Positions 47,701 to 56,715 of a stretch of DNA of 64,000 nucleotides are shown here, piece by piece (within the stretch, counting starts at the first letter, position 1; each line of letters opens with the position of its first letter). This DNA comes from an uncultured Pseudomonadales bacterium (GTDB lineage Bacteria; Patescibacteriota; Microgenomatia; UBA1400; UBA1449). The translations under genes were made by a program, and so were the position numbers. Under the pieces are notes generated by a model, which saw nothing but the letters and a program-made list of their open reading frames with translations, searched no databases and had not been told where the DNA came from. The stretch is from assembly GCA_964386355.1 (NCBI GenBank), contig CAYLQQ010000006.1:2088-66087 (forward strand), read 5' to 3'.

Positions 47701-49969
47701 CCCTTCTGTAAGAACTGATACTTCAGGCCGTGCCGTACTTCGTTTCAAGCTGCCGGATAACCTGACTACGTGGGTATTATCTGCAGTTGGAGATACACAA
47801 GCAACTACTGTCGGACAAACACGAAATGAAATTGTAGTTTCCAAAGATGTCATTGTTCGCCCATTCTTACCAAATATCATTCGTGAACAAGATGATCTGG
47901 CAATTCTAACCCTGGTTCAAAACTTTACTGATCAGGATCATAGTTTTGATATCAATTTATCTTTTGACTCAGGTGATGTTAGAGATGCGACAAAATCAGC
48001 AGTTTTTATCAAATCAAAAGAGTCTGTTGAGGTTACATGGCAGGTAAAGGCAACTAAAGTTAATCCTGATTCTAAACTCCGTTTTTCTGCTATTGCTACC
48101 GATAACTCTAAACTGCAGGATGTGATCACTCAACAGATACCTGTCCACGCATATGGGTATTTAGAAACCCGGGGTGAAACAGGTTATGGCGATGCGTCAT
48201 TTAAACCAGTACTCGCAAAAGACAGCAGCCCAGAGAAATCCTCCGTTACCCTATCACTCTCTCCTTCACTAGTCGGAATGTTGCCTACAGCAATGCAGTA
48301 CTTAGTTGATTACCCGTACGGCTGCGTAGAGCAAACCACGAGCCGTCTCATGCCTGTGTTGCAAGCTAAACAAAACCCTGAACTCTTTGCGGATGTAATC
48401 AAAGACAAAAATCTTGATGAAATGGTTAACAAAGGATTGGATCGTCTGAGAACTCTGCAGTACTTTGATGGTGGTTGGAACTGGTGGTCATATGGTGAAT
48501 CAAATCCCTTTATCACTGCATATGTTGTTGAAAACCTAGTTCTTGCTAAAGACTTGGGGTTTTCAGTGGACAGTGAAATGCTCCAATTGGCTGAAAGCTT
48601 CTTATCCCGGATTGATAAACAAATTACAGCAGAAGATATGATTCCCAAAAAATATGGCCTTGCCCTGCTTAAATCTGAAACGTATAAAACGTCAAGAAGT
48701 CCTGTCATTGAAAACAGTCCAGATCTTACCGCTCTGGCAGTTATGACAAATTACCTCAATGGAGTGACAGATCCCTCAGAAAACGGTTTGCAAAAACTTA
48801 TTGCAATGGGAAAGGCACAAGGAGATGGTTTGTACTGGGAAGCTGGCAAGAAAGATCGCTTTGCATCCAAAGATGCCTCAACAGCTCTGGCTTTACGGGC
48901 AATTCTTTTGGCGGGCACGGATGCTGATAGGGAAATAGCAGTCAAAGCTGCACGGTACTTAACCAAGCAACACCGTAGTCACTACTGGTCAAACACCTAC
49001 AGCACAGTGCAGGTTATACGCGCAATTACTGCCCTTGCCAATACTGATAACGAAGCTAATCCAAACTATACGTATTCGGTAACCCTGGATAACAAGATTG
49101 TTAAACAAGGAACAATAAATTCTATTAACCAAAAACCAGTTCAGATTCAAGTTCCCATAGCCAACCTAAAACCCAATGGTTCAGTATTGAGCATTTCTAA
49201 GCAAGGTGAAGGTCAAATATACTCCACATTAGTCACAAAGGAATTTCATACTGATAGAACTGCAAAAGCAATAGATCACGGCATGACCATAACCAGAGAG
49301 TATGTAAATGAAAAAGGAGAGGAATATAGTCTTGGTCTTGGTGATACTGCAATTGTAAAACTGACAATAGGCGGACTCGGGGCTGGCGATTACTATGGCG
49401 TGATCGCTGATGAACTACCCGCAGGACTGATCCCTGTTGTTGAAACTCTAAAAAATGAACAGTACAGAGATACTGGAAGCAGTTCTTATGATTATTATGC
49501 AGGCAGTAAAGAGTATACACAAAATGGTGTAATAATTTCTCTCTACCAGATATTACCAGGAACAAGAACATACGAATACAAAGCAAGGGTCGTTTCTCAT
49601 GGATCGTTTATTGTTCCTCCTGCCACAACGTCTCTCATGTACACACCTGAAATATATGGACAATCAGATGCTTACACGTTAACCATAGACAAAGAATCAA
49701 AAATTATTCCAGGTAAAAAGATCCAGAAAATCATTAAGGATAAAAGCAATTTACGACTAGATGAAAAAGCTAAACTCAAGCTGGGGATAATTTTACTAGT
49801 TGCTGTAATACTGATAATAAGCTTGCTTTTGCTACGTCCGGCTATTAGAAATACGTTTTTATATAAACAGCTTACACAAAAGCTACGTATTCTACGCAGA
49901 AAACAGAATCCAGAAACTATACATTTAGAAGATGATATACAGCAAAATCCGCCCCCTCAGCAACAGTAA
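44789..49969 (+). CDS. Alpha-2-macroglobulin-family surface protein (1726 aa) with embedded Hint domain
   Basis: N-terminal signal/anchor MHQLFSNRLFFSFSFLTIFGL. Long beta-rich region of macroglobulin-like repeats. Thioester motif YPYGCVEQTTSRLMP, with CVEQ at ~48323..48334. Alpha-helical TED-like region (LQYFDGGWNWWSYGESNPFITAYVV). C-terminal TM helix LGIILLVAVILIISLLLL. Residues ~826-954 form an intein-type Hint domain, listed separately. Confidence 0.82.
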   Translation: MHQLFSNRLFFSFSFLTIFGLTNFLPNFKLPFFHTSPSPTPAPHATEMPQTDGDVLGNYRYKPSIHISGGKDSYSTGGLIALSSKEEPSVEISAYNTSGEVQIDVWEADEQAVLEYLTHDKDGKQTKRIESVDRFKFIGTSKADINGSYGRESKALLPLAETGIYFLKISKGDIAEQAFIIRSSFGAVVKEGDDELIFWSQDFDTKRSLQSGTVTTFNLLDNAVEVTSAGIDGQGVAKLPVSENNDIALVKNDGKLAVVPLNLRYLNYGYSYKEFQRKERQNKFFTFTDRPLYRPGDTIYFKSVVRDDDDARYTLPAGNVTVGLYSGWSEEDKISEKTLTFDEFGTVSGDFKLPETAKTGDYHVKINLTERIYSNSYFQVEHFRKPEYSIDVNIPKTTYISKDEMVFTISGSYFSGQPLANQAVKYRVFSGDYYQYEYYDETDAYFLNEDYRYGNWWGNSSEQSSMTVTLNHLGKADVTLKLDNNSNRNRVYSIEAEFDNGSGNPSFVRKNMLVYAGEYDLYRKDYHSYYGSLSQPLDLPLRLVSHVNQPVSNIDLHTNIEVTNWVEERVPEEKYPRYRKVVETVPSISSKTDNQGYATFSFQPTKTGSYTFHVIGTDKRGNTISKDFYAYVTDKNYPYFSSEQDTGLSLQLDKKEYNPTDTATLSIFSNIPNRDIFLTFERNRVNRYQVLSLEGTNGSVEVPLFDTDMPNIYPTLTSFSDDNIDRVSENLKVSTVSKQLQVRIQTDKPSYGPGEVVTARLETSDMAGNPQSADVALWAVDKALFELVSENPKKISETFWSERYANTSTAHSLEGITANVAEMGGCFTAGTQILLANGTSSPIESIKPGDVIKTRKSETNSALVKAKVSSVHIATVSGILKINNNLEVTPEHIVWLNGRWQEIGNAQIGDLLFDRQGKKVQIASIEWLSGKRTVYNLEIENRHTYFANSVWVHNQKGGGGRTVFKDTAYWNPSVRTDTSGRAVLRFKLPDNLTTWVLSAVGDTQATTVGQTRNEIVVSKDVIVRPFLPNIIREQDDLAILTLVQNFTDQDHSFDINLSFDSGDVRDATKSAVFIKSKESVEVTWQVKATKVNPDSKLRFSAIATDNSKLQDVITQQIPVHAYGYLETRGETGYGDASFKPVLAKDSSPEKSSVTLSLSPSLVGMLPTAMQYLVDYPYGCVEQTTSRLMPVLQAKQNPELFADVIKDKNLDEMVNKGLDRLRTLQYFDGGWNWWSYGESNPFITAYVVENLVLAKDLGFSVDSEMLQLAESFLSRIDKQITAEDMIPKKYGLALLKSETYKTSRSPVIENSPDLTALAVMTNYLNGVTDPSENGLQKLIAMGKAQGDGLYWEAGKKDRFASKDASTALALRAILLAGTDADREIAVKAARYLTKQHRSHYWSNTYSTVQVIRAITALANTDNEANPNYTYSVTLDNKIVKQGTINSINQKPVQIQVPIANLKPNGSVLSISKQGEGQIYSTLVTKEFHTDRTAKAIDHGMTITREYVNEKGEEYSLGLGDTAIVKLTIGGLGAGDYYGVIADELPAGLIPVVETLKNEQYRDTGSSSYDYYAGSKEYTQNGVIISLYQILPGTRTYEYKARVVSHGSFIVPPATTSLMYTPEIYGQSDAYTLTIDKESKIIPGKKIQKIIKDKSNLRLDEKAKLKLGIILLVAVILIISLLLLRPAIRNTFLYKQLTQKLRILRRKQNPETIHLEDDIQQNPPPQQQ
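47264..47650 (+). other. Intein-like Hint / bacterial intein-like (BIL, A-type) domain inserted in the A2M protein
   Basis: 129 aa. Block A CFTAGTQILLANGTSSPIESIKPGDVIKT begins with Cys and is closely similar to canonical intein N-termini. Block B LEVTPEHIVWL (T..H). Block F/G VYNLEIENRHTYFANSVWVHN ends in His-Asn. There is no endonuclease domain. The +1 residue is Gln, not Cys/Ser/Thr. Flanks are Gly-rich (EMGG | ... | QKGGGG). Confidence 0.75.
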
Positions 49970-50873
49970 GCTAGTAGTATTAATTGTGATAAGTGCCGTA
50001 TGTCTTGGACTTGCGTTCATCTTGTTTTGGTCAAGCAAGTTCGAAGATATTGAGCAAACTAGTCTTCAAGCCAGGGTTCCTGCATCCTCTTTAAACAGTA
50101 AATACTATGACCTGACAGATATGGATACCAGTGAGTTTACTTCATACCTTAAAGGGTTAACTCAAAATCCCGAGCAATTAAAATATCCTGTTTCTGGCAT
50201 TGTTGTGCCGCACCATTTGCTTGCCGGAAGCCTAATTGCCCGGATACTGCAGCAAACTTCATTTCAAAATCCACGTACGGTGCTTCTTATTGGGCCTAAC
50301 CATTACGAAGCCGGAACTTTCGGTCTGATAACGAGTAATGCTGGATGGAAAACACCGTTTGGTCAGGTTCTACCTAACCAAACATGGATTGAACTACTTA
50401 CACAAAGGGGGGATGTGTATACTAATAATGATGTCATGCTTAAAGAACATGCTATATCGGGACTCATACCCTTTATCAGTTACTTTTTTCCTTTCGCTAG
50501 CCATACACCTGTAATTGTAAGTAGTTTTACACCCTTACAAGATATTGATTTATTATCTTCAGTAATTGCACAAAATCTTGATCAGAACACAATCCTTATT
50601 TTATCTCTTGATTTCTCGCATTATCTCAATAGTGAACAAGCTACTGATCGAGATTCAGTCAGTTTACAAGCAATTACAGGTTTTGATTATGAAAAAATTG
50701 CCAGATTTACCAATGAGTATGTTGACAGTCCGAAAAGTTTAAGACTGTTCTTAAAAGTTATGCAGCAAAGAGGTAAAACAAATATTACTGTTATTGACCA
50801 TACAAACTCAGGAAATATCACAGGAAATATTCACAGTGAAAATACGAGTTACTACACGCTGACATTTCACTAA
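49932..50873 (+). CDS. Memo-like protein (MEMO1 / AmmeMemoRadiSam protein B family) with N-terminal membrane anchor
   Basis: 313 aa. The start overlaps the A2M 3' end by 38 nt. TM helix LVVLIVISAVCLGLAFILFW. Memo-like motifs GIVVPHHLLAG and LLIGPNHY. Confidence 0.55.
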   Translation: MIYSKIRPLSNSKLVVLIVISAVCLGLAFILFWSSKFEDIEQTSLQARVPASSLNSKYYDLTDMDTSEFTSYLKGLTQNPEQLKYPVSGIVVPHHLLAGSLIARILQQTSFQNPRTVLLIGPNHYEAGTFGLITSNAGWKTPFGQVLPNQTWIELLTQRGDVYTNNDVMLKEHAISGLIPFISYFFPFASHTPVIVSSFTPLQDIDLLSSVIAQNLDQNTILILSLDFSHYLNSEQATDRDSVSLQAITGFDYEKIARFTNEYVDSPKSLRLFLKVMQQRGKTNITVIDHTNSGNITGNIHSENTSYYTLTFH

Positions 50874-50906
50874 ATAACATAAAACGTTACTTGTAGCGTA
50901 CATACG

Positions 50907-50914
50907 CTCACCTG
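50907..50914 (+). promoter_or_regulatory. Extended -10 promoter element (TGTATAAT) upstream of korA
   Basis: tgtataat lies about 15 nt upstream of the korA ATG (50929). It matches the TGnTATAAT consensus, with no obvious -35. Confidence 0.3.
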
Positions 50915-50928
50915 TATAATCTATCCAT

Positions 50929-52653
50929 ATGCCTACCCTACATCACCTTTTTACCCTCAAGCTTGGCGGGGCCGCTGGCCAGGGAATTAAATCGATTGGC
51001 CTCACTTTCTCCAAGATCTGTACCCGTAGCGGATACCATGTCTACAATTATACTGAATATCCCTCTTTGATCCGTGGTGGTCACAACATGATGCAGACCA
51101 CAGTCAGTCCCGATCCAGTTAACTCGCCTACCTTACATACCAGTTTACTGATTGCCCTCAACCAGGAAACAGTAGACTTACATCATAAAGAGATGGTCGA
51201 TGGGGGTATCATCATGTTTGATAAAGATTCCGGCATTGCAGCAGATGGGGTTGACCCTAAAGTCAAGATTGTAGCTATACCGCTTGTTAAACTTGCTGAA
51301 GAAGTTGGAGGCAAAGCTATCATGGCCAATACAGTAGCCATGGGTGCAACCATTGCCCTTCTAAAGGGTGAATTACAGCTTCTCAAAGACCTCTTAACGC
51401 ACGAATTTGCAGACAAACCACAAGAAATAACTGAGGTTAATCACAAAGCAGCTCAAGCCGGATACGATTATGCTTTAGAGCATTTTAGTAACCTAGTGCG
51501 CGAGGTTATTCCCCAGCGCCAGGACCAGCCAAAACGCATGATGATCAGCGGTAACGAAGCTTGTGCATTTGGAGCTATCGCAGCTGGAGTCCAATTTGCA
51601 GCTATGTACCCCATGACCCCAGCGACAAATATTTTACACAACATGGCTCCTCATCAAGAAACATTTGGATTTGTATATAAACAACCGGAAGATGAGATAG
51701 CGGCTTTGCAAATGGCTATAGGTGCAGCTAATGCCGGCGCCCGCTCAATGACTGCCACCTCAGGTGGAGGTTTCTGTCTAATGACAGAGGGTGTTTCACT
51801 TGCTGGTATGACCGAAACACCAGTCGTCATTTTTAATGTCATGCGTAATGCCCCGGCAACTGCTATGCCCACATGGTCCGAGCAGGGAGATTTACGCCTC
51901 GTTTTACACGCTGGACACGGAGATTTCCTGCGCATTGTCCTGGCAGCAGGTGATGCCAAGGAGACATTTGAACTAACTCAGCAAGCTTTTAACCTGGCTG
52001 AAAAATACCAAACTCCAGTGATTGTTCTCACGGATAAGCTTAGCGCTGAAAATGATCAGAGTTTTGAACCGTTTGACAATTCTGATTATGAGGTTAGTAG
52101 AGGTAAGTTCACTACCCATAAGATCCCTGACTACAAACGTTACGAGCTGACAGATGAGGGTATTTCACTTCGCACTCCTGTTGGGTCGGACAACTTTTTT
52201 ATAGCAAACTCTGATGAACATGATGAAGAGGGGTTTTCTATTGAGGATATTAAAATGAGGAGTGCTCAGATGGAAAAACGGAACCGGAAATTTAAAACAT
52301 GTATGCATGAAGATATGCCTAAGCCTACTCTCTATGGACCTAAAGATGCTGACGTAACTATTGTTTCCTGGGGTTCCAATAAAGGAGCTATTATTGACGC
52401 GCTTACATACTATCCTAACGTCAACTACCTTCATTTAACCTGGATCAATCCTTTTCCATCTGAAGCTGTCAAAGAAGTGCTGAATAGTGCTAAATACGTT
52501 CTTAATATTGAACAAAATTACTCAGGCCAAATGGCAGGCTGGATAGCTGAGCAAACAGGTATTAGAATCCTGGATAACCTTCTAAAATATGATGGCAGAC
52601 CGATATATCCTGAAGAGGTGATGGCAAAGCTGGATAGTATATTGCATAAATAA
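50929..52653 (+). CDS. korA: 2-oxoacid:ferredoxin oxidoreductase, alpha subunit (fused gamma-alpha, KorA-type)
   Basis: 574 aa. N-terminal gamma-like domain, then the alpha domain with GNEACAFGAIAAGVQFAAMYPMTPAT (the conserved YPITPxT region). Confidence 0.82.
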   Translation: MPTLHHLFTLKLGGAAGQGIKSIGLTFSKICTRSGYHVYNYTEYPSLIRGGHNMMQTTVSPDPVNSPTLHTSLLIALNQETVDLHHKEMVDGGIIMFDKDSGIAADGVDPKVKIVAIPLVKLAEEVGGKAIMANTVAMGATIALLKGELQLLKDLLTHEFADKPQEITEVNHKAAQAGYDYALEHFSNLVREVIPQRQDQPKRMMISGNEACAFGAIAAGVQFAAMYPMTPATNILHNMAPHQETFGFVYKQPEDEIAALQMAIGAANAGARSMTATSGGGFCLMTEGVSLAGMTETPVVIFNVMRNAPATAMPTWSEQGDLRLVLHAGHGDFLRIVLAAGDAKETFELTQQAFNLAEKYQTPVIVLTDKLSAENDQSFEPFDNSDYEVSRGKFTTHKIPDYKRYELTDEGISLRTPVGSDNFFIANSDEHDEEGFSIEDIKMRSAQMEKRNRKFKTCMHEDMPKPTLYGPKDADVTIVSWGSNKGAIIDALTYYPNVNYLHLTWINPFPSEAVKEVLNSAKYVLNIEQNYSGQMAGWIAEQTGIRILDNLLKYDGRPIYPEEVMAKLDSILHK

Positions 52654-52750
52654 TTCCGTTGTGTCATTATGAAACTGGCTGCAAGCCAATGTCCAGGATC
52701 TCGTGTATCATCCCATAAGATGCTGAAACTAGTTCAGTAAGATAATTACT

Positions 52751-53581
52751 ATGATTGACAATATCGTAGAATCTAATCAACTAAGCGATCTCCAAGTCGA
52801 TTCACCATCTGTTCCCAATCTTCAAAAACAAAACCGATTACTTAAGATCATCCTTACAGTAATCTCTCTGCTTTTTATTTCTACATTAGCAACACTAGTT
52901 CTCCTTGTTTTCCTAACAAAAAAAGATAAATCAAATACTCAGTTGCCAACTGCTGAACTCACTCAAGCCACAACTCAACCAACTATTCAAGGCCTTTCTG
53001 AAAATGAAGTACCTAGTGATTGGAAAACGTATGCGAATAAGGATTATAAATACCAGATTCAATGTCCTTCAACTTCAATTCATCATATTCAGGTTACCCA
53101 GGGTGATGGTACTAATATCCCATATTTTCAAGAGATTTGTTATGAAAAGACTAATCAAGTTACTATCAGCATAAAAAACGAAAAAATCTTACCTGATCTA
53201 GTTACTTTAACTAATAAGTTAAAAGGTACATCTCTAATACCAGAAAACTATAAAAGTTTCTCAATAAACGATAAAAAGGGTATTCAATACAACACAGTAA
53301 ATAATTCAGGTCAAATTGAGGCGTATATTGTTGAAGTAATAATACCAAATTCTAATACAGACTCAAAATTACTCCTTAGAGGCTTTAATAAGGATTATTT
53401 TGATCAGATTTTATCTACATTAATGTTCTTTAATGAGAAGCAAATTATATCTATACCAACTCAAAAAAACTCAACAATGATTAGTTACACACTGCCTTCA
53501 GGCTGGACAACTGCAAATGAATCTCCCCGCCGCCAAGCGGTCGGGGTATCTCAAGGATTTAATTCTTTTATAACAAGGTAA
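52751..53581 (+). CDS. Hypothetical membrane-anchored protein inserted between korA and korB
   Basis: 276 aa. TM helix LLKIILTVISLLFISTLATLVLLVFL, then a Thr/Gln-rich linker and a beta-rich extracytoplasmic domain. No motif. Confidence 0.45.
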   Translation: MIDNIVESNQLSDLQVDSPSVPNLQKQNRLLKIILTVISLLFISTLATLVLLVFLTKKDKSNTQLPTAELTQATTQPTIQGLSENEVPSDWKTYANKDYKYQIQCPSTSIHHIQVTQGDGTNIPYFQEICYEKTNQVTISIKNEKILPDLVTLTNKLKGTSLIPENYKSFSINDKKGIQYNTVNNSGQIEAYIVEVIIPNSNTDSKLLLRGFNKDYFDQILSTLMFFNEKQIISIPTQKNSTMISYTLPSGWTTANESPRRQAVGVSQGFNSFITR

Positions 53582-53745
53582 CGACGCAAGCGTCGAGGAA
53601 TTAAACCTTAAGAGAGATTAATACTGTTAACAGTTTTGAGCTTGGGTATGATGCAAATACACATTCTGCCGATACCACAACATTTCCAAATAATATTACT
53701 ATATTTTTAAAAAACACCCGGCGTGCATCACCATTTTCAGTTGGA

Positions 53746-54018
53746 TTGTTTGATTATGACGGAAGTTCACGACATTCCTTTATTTATAAACAGATGAATG
53801 TTGAACCTACAAAAGGTGATGCTCCTGATAAATATAAAGAGGTTGAATATATATATAATGATCGTTCTTGTTTGGTTTTGGAAAACATGTATTACTCACA
53901 ATCTCCCACAGTCTGGGGAATGTGTGATGCCGGGAATGGGAAAGCATTCCTGTTCACATCTTACATTACGGGGACTAACGATTATTTACAGTGGTTACAA
54001 ACTGTTAAAGTCAAGTAG
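53746..54018 (+). CDS. Small hypothetical protein (90 aa, TTG start)
   Basis: Track ORF MFDYDGSSRHSFIYKQMNVEPTKGD... with a non-ATG start and an overlapping alternative-frame ORF at 53798..54070. Only one can be real, and possibly neither. Confidence 0.25.
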   Translation: MFDYDGSSRHSFIYKQMNVEPTKGDAPDKYKEVEYIYNDRSCLVLENMYYSQSPTVWGMCDAGNGKAFLFTSYITGTNDYLQWLQTVKVK

Positions 54019-54091
54019 ACTATTTTCTGGCTTTATACTTTCTCTCCAATCCGATATACTAAAAGATTAGTTAACATACATATTCCTGCCT

Positions 54092-54949
54092 ATGAATCTG
54101 CAAGACCTTACTACTCCATGTCAGCCAAACTGGTGTCCCGGATGCGGAAACTTCGGTACCTGGACTGCATTTAAACAAGCAGCAGTGAAAGAAAATTGGG
54201 ATAACAGTAATACCGCTATCGTTGCAGGTATTGGTTGCCATGGACATCTGGTTAACTTTACCAAAATGACGTCGATAGAGGGCTTGCATGGCAGACCTAT
54301 TCCTGTTGCAACCGGTATCAAGCTTTCAAATAATAAACTTAACGTATTTGTGTTTACCGGAGACGGAGACTGTCTAGCTGAGGGCGGCAACCACTTTATG
54401 CACACGTGCAGACGCAACCATGACTTAACGATTGTATTACACGACAACGCTATATATGGGCTCACTACAGGTCAAAGTTCACCACGCACGCCTTTAGGCT
54501 TTAAATCAAAATCAACACCGCTGGGAAATATTGATGTCCCTCTTAACCCTTTGGAGGTTGCCATAGCTGCCGGAGCAACGTTTGTTGCCAGAGCATTTTG
54601 TATGGATATCCCTCAGCTAACGGAGATTATGATTGCAGCAAATAATCATAAAGGAATAGCAGTAATCGATATTTTGCAACCTTGTCCCTCATTTACCCCC
54701 GAACTGACACCACAATGGTACAAAGATAACTGTTACTATGTTGACCAAAGTTATGACAAAACAAACAAGCTGGAAGCTCTGGAAAAAGCTATGGTATGGG
54801 GAGAAAAACAAATCGCTTGTGGTATCCTGTATGAAAATCCTAAACAGAAGTCTTACGAAGAACTGATACCATGGATAAATGAAAAAGCAATTGTAGATAC
54901 AGCGCCAACCAAACGGGATGTATCAGCACTATTTAGTAAATTGATGTAA
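54092..54949 (+). CDS. korB: 2-oxoacid:ferredoxin oxidoreductase, beta subunit (TPP-binding, KorB-type)
   Basis: 285 aa. N-terminus TPCQPNWCPGCGNFGT (Cys motif of the OFOR beta subunit). TPP-binding region GDGDCLAEGGNHF. Confidence 0.85.
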   Translation: MNLQDLTTPCQPNWCPGCGNFGTWTAFKQAAVKENWDNSNTAIVAGIGCHGHLVNFTKMTSIEGLHGRPIPVATGIKLSNNKLNVFVFTGDGDCLAEGGNHFMHTCRRNHDLTIVLHDNAIYGLTTGQSSPRTPLGFKSKSTPLGNIDVPLNPLEVAIAAGATFVARAFCMDIPQLTEIMIAANNHKGIAVIDILQPCPSFTPELTPQWYKDNCYYVDQSYDKTNKLEALEKAMVWGEKQIACGILYENPKQKSYEELIPWINEKAIVDTAPTKRDVSALFSKLM

Positions 54950-54968
54950 AAACTTATAAGGTACATCC

Positions 54969-55898
54969 GTGACCAAAGGATTAATCACTATGAACAAAGG
55001 AATACAACTTGCCATGCTGACTGCAGTTATTTCTGGATTTTCAATTTTTATCAATAAATTCGCTGTTGATTCTATTAAGCCGGCCTTAACGTTTACAGCC
55101 AGTAAAAACGTAATGGTTGCGGTCGCTATCATATCCCTATTATTTCTGACAAGAAAGTGGAAAAAGGTTCTAAGCCTCAAAAAGGATGAGCAAACCAAGC
55201 TTGGACTGATTGCTCTTATCGGCGGTTCCCTGCCATTTTACTTATTTTTTACAGGTCTATCTCAAATCCCAGCTATTAACGCAGCTATTATCCAAAAAAC
55301 GCTGGTTCTGTGGGTAGCCCTGCTCGCAATACCTTTTTTAAAAGAAAAAATTACCAAAATCCAAATTCTGGCTGTTGCCATTCTCTTTGGATCAAACATT
55401 ATGGTTGGTGGTTTTAAAGGTTTCTCATATTCAACTGGAGAACTAATGGTATTGGGAGCAACTATTTTGTGGGCAATCGAAAATGTGATTGCAAAAAAAG
55501 TTTTATCTACAGTCGATCCGGATATTGTCACCGCTGCCCGTATGGGTATGGGAAGTATAATTCTATTTACAGCATCTATGATTATAAACCCGAATACTAT
55601 TTCTAGTCTTATAAGCCTGTCTTCAATACAATGGATGTGGCTATGGGTCACCGCTATTGCTCTGTTTGCCTATGTATCGGTTTGGTATCGCGCACTCAAA
55701 CACGCACCAGCAATTACTGTCACTGCCGTACTTGTCGCATCAACTCTTGTAACAAATATTCTCACAGCTACATTTATTACCCATACATGGAAAGAAGATT
55801 TTACAAAACAGGGGTTTTTGATGCTACTAGGAATTGCTTTACTGGTATGGCAAGCAAGACAATCTCAGGATAATATCAAGACAATTACGCAATCGTAA
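54969..55898 (+). CDS. EamA/DMT-superfamily transporter
   Basis: 309 aa with 10 predicted TM helices in two 5-TM repeats. The start may be the second Met at ~54990 (MNKGIQLAMLTAVISGF). Confidence 0.65.
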   Translation: MTKGLITMNKGIQLAMLTAVISGFSIFINKFAVDSIKPALTFTASKNVMVAVAIISLLFLTRKWKKVLSLKKDEQTKLGLIALIGGSLPFYLFFTGLSQIPAINAAIIQKTLVLWVALLAIPFLKEKITKIQILAVAILFGSNIMVGGFKGFSYSTGELMVLGATILWAIENVIAKKVLSTVDPDIVTAARMGMGSIILFTASMIINPNTISSLISLSSIQWMWLWVTAIALFAYVSVWYRALKHAPAITVTAVLVASTLVTNILTATFITHTWKEDFTKQGFLMLLGIALLVWQARQSQDNIKTITQS

Positions 55899-56715
55899 TC
55901 GAATTCAGAAGATCATTCGTCCAGTATACAAGATTTTGCTTTTCTTCTTTGGTCAGTTTTTTTGCTATCCAACCCCAATGAAGTGCCACCTCATCGTTAT
56001 TAGCTATTTCACCTATTACATCAGGATAGTATGCAAACTCTTTGGTAACATCATGCAATACATACATATCTTTTTTACGCCCAATCTCAACAGTCTCAAC
56101 TTTTATAAGTTGATAGTTGTTCAGTATTGAACTGGTACTTAATTCTTTTTGAATTTTTTGTCTATTTATTTGAGGATTGGTTAGTACTTTACCCCACCGT
56201 ATCATGCAGTTATTTATGGATTCCAGATTAAAGGGCACAGAACCGCTAGCCTTACCAACCCCTATATGTAATATGTTAAATAGATGTATGGGTATAAATT
56301 TTTGTGGTTTTTTATCTATAATTTCTTGGATAAGGAATTCCGGTACACCCTGTTTTATTAAGTGTTTCAGCAAAATATTATAATGTTCTGATTCAATATG
56401 CTTCAATATGTCATTACCTAGCCAGTAAGCTTCAACCACCTCATATGAAAAGGGATCTTTGCCAGTAATTTCTGCAATTGTTTGTAAGTACGGATTTAGA
56501 ACAATAAATTGCTTTAACTCCTCCTGAACACTGGTACATTTACCCCCTTGAATACATCGCACAAGTTTTGCGGGCGCGCTCTCTTGACCGCAATAACCCA
56601 GCATATTGGGTTGTAGGGCAAAATGGGAGCAGAGTTGCAGAGCTTTAATATTCATACTACATGCTACTATATCAGTATGCCTAAAAAAATCTATATCTTC
56701 GGTAATCCTGACCAC
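55885..56715 (-). CDS. Hypothetical protein
   Basis: 276 aa, soluble, several Cys near the N-terminus (CSMNIKALQLCSHF...CGQES...CIQGGKC). Unassigned. Confidence 0.4.
   Translation of the reverse strand: MVRITEDIDFFRHTDIVACSMNIKALQLCSHFALQPNMLGYCGQESAPAKLVRCIQGGKCTSVQEELKQFIVLNPYLQTIAEITGKDPFSYEVVEAYWLGNDILKHIESEHYNILLKHLIKQGVPEFLIQEIIDKKPQKFIPIHLFNILHIGVGKASGSVPFNLESINNCMIRWGKVLTNPQINRQKIQKELSTSSILNNYQLIKVETVEIGRKKDMYVLHDVTKEFAYYPDVIGEIANNDEVALHWGWIAKKLTKEEKQNLVYWTNDLLNSITIA

Noticed and set aside
53798-54070. 90-aa ORF overlapping 53746..54018 in another frame
   Set aside because: At most one of the two overlapping small ORFs can be real. Neither has an SD or a motif. Both are listed as doubtful, and this frame is not annotated.
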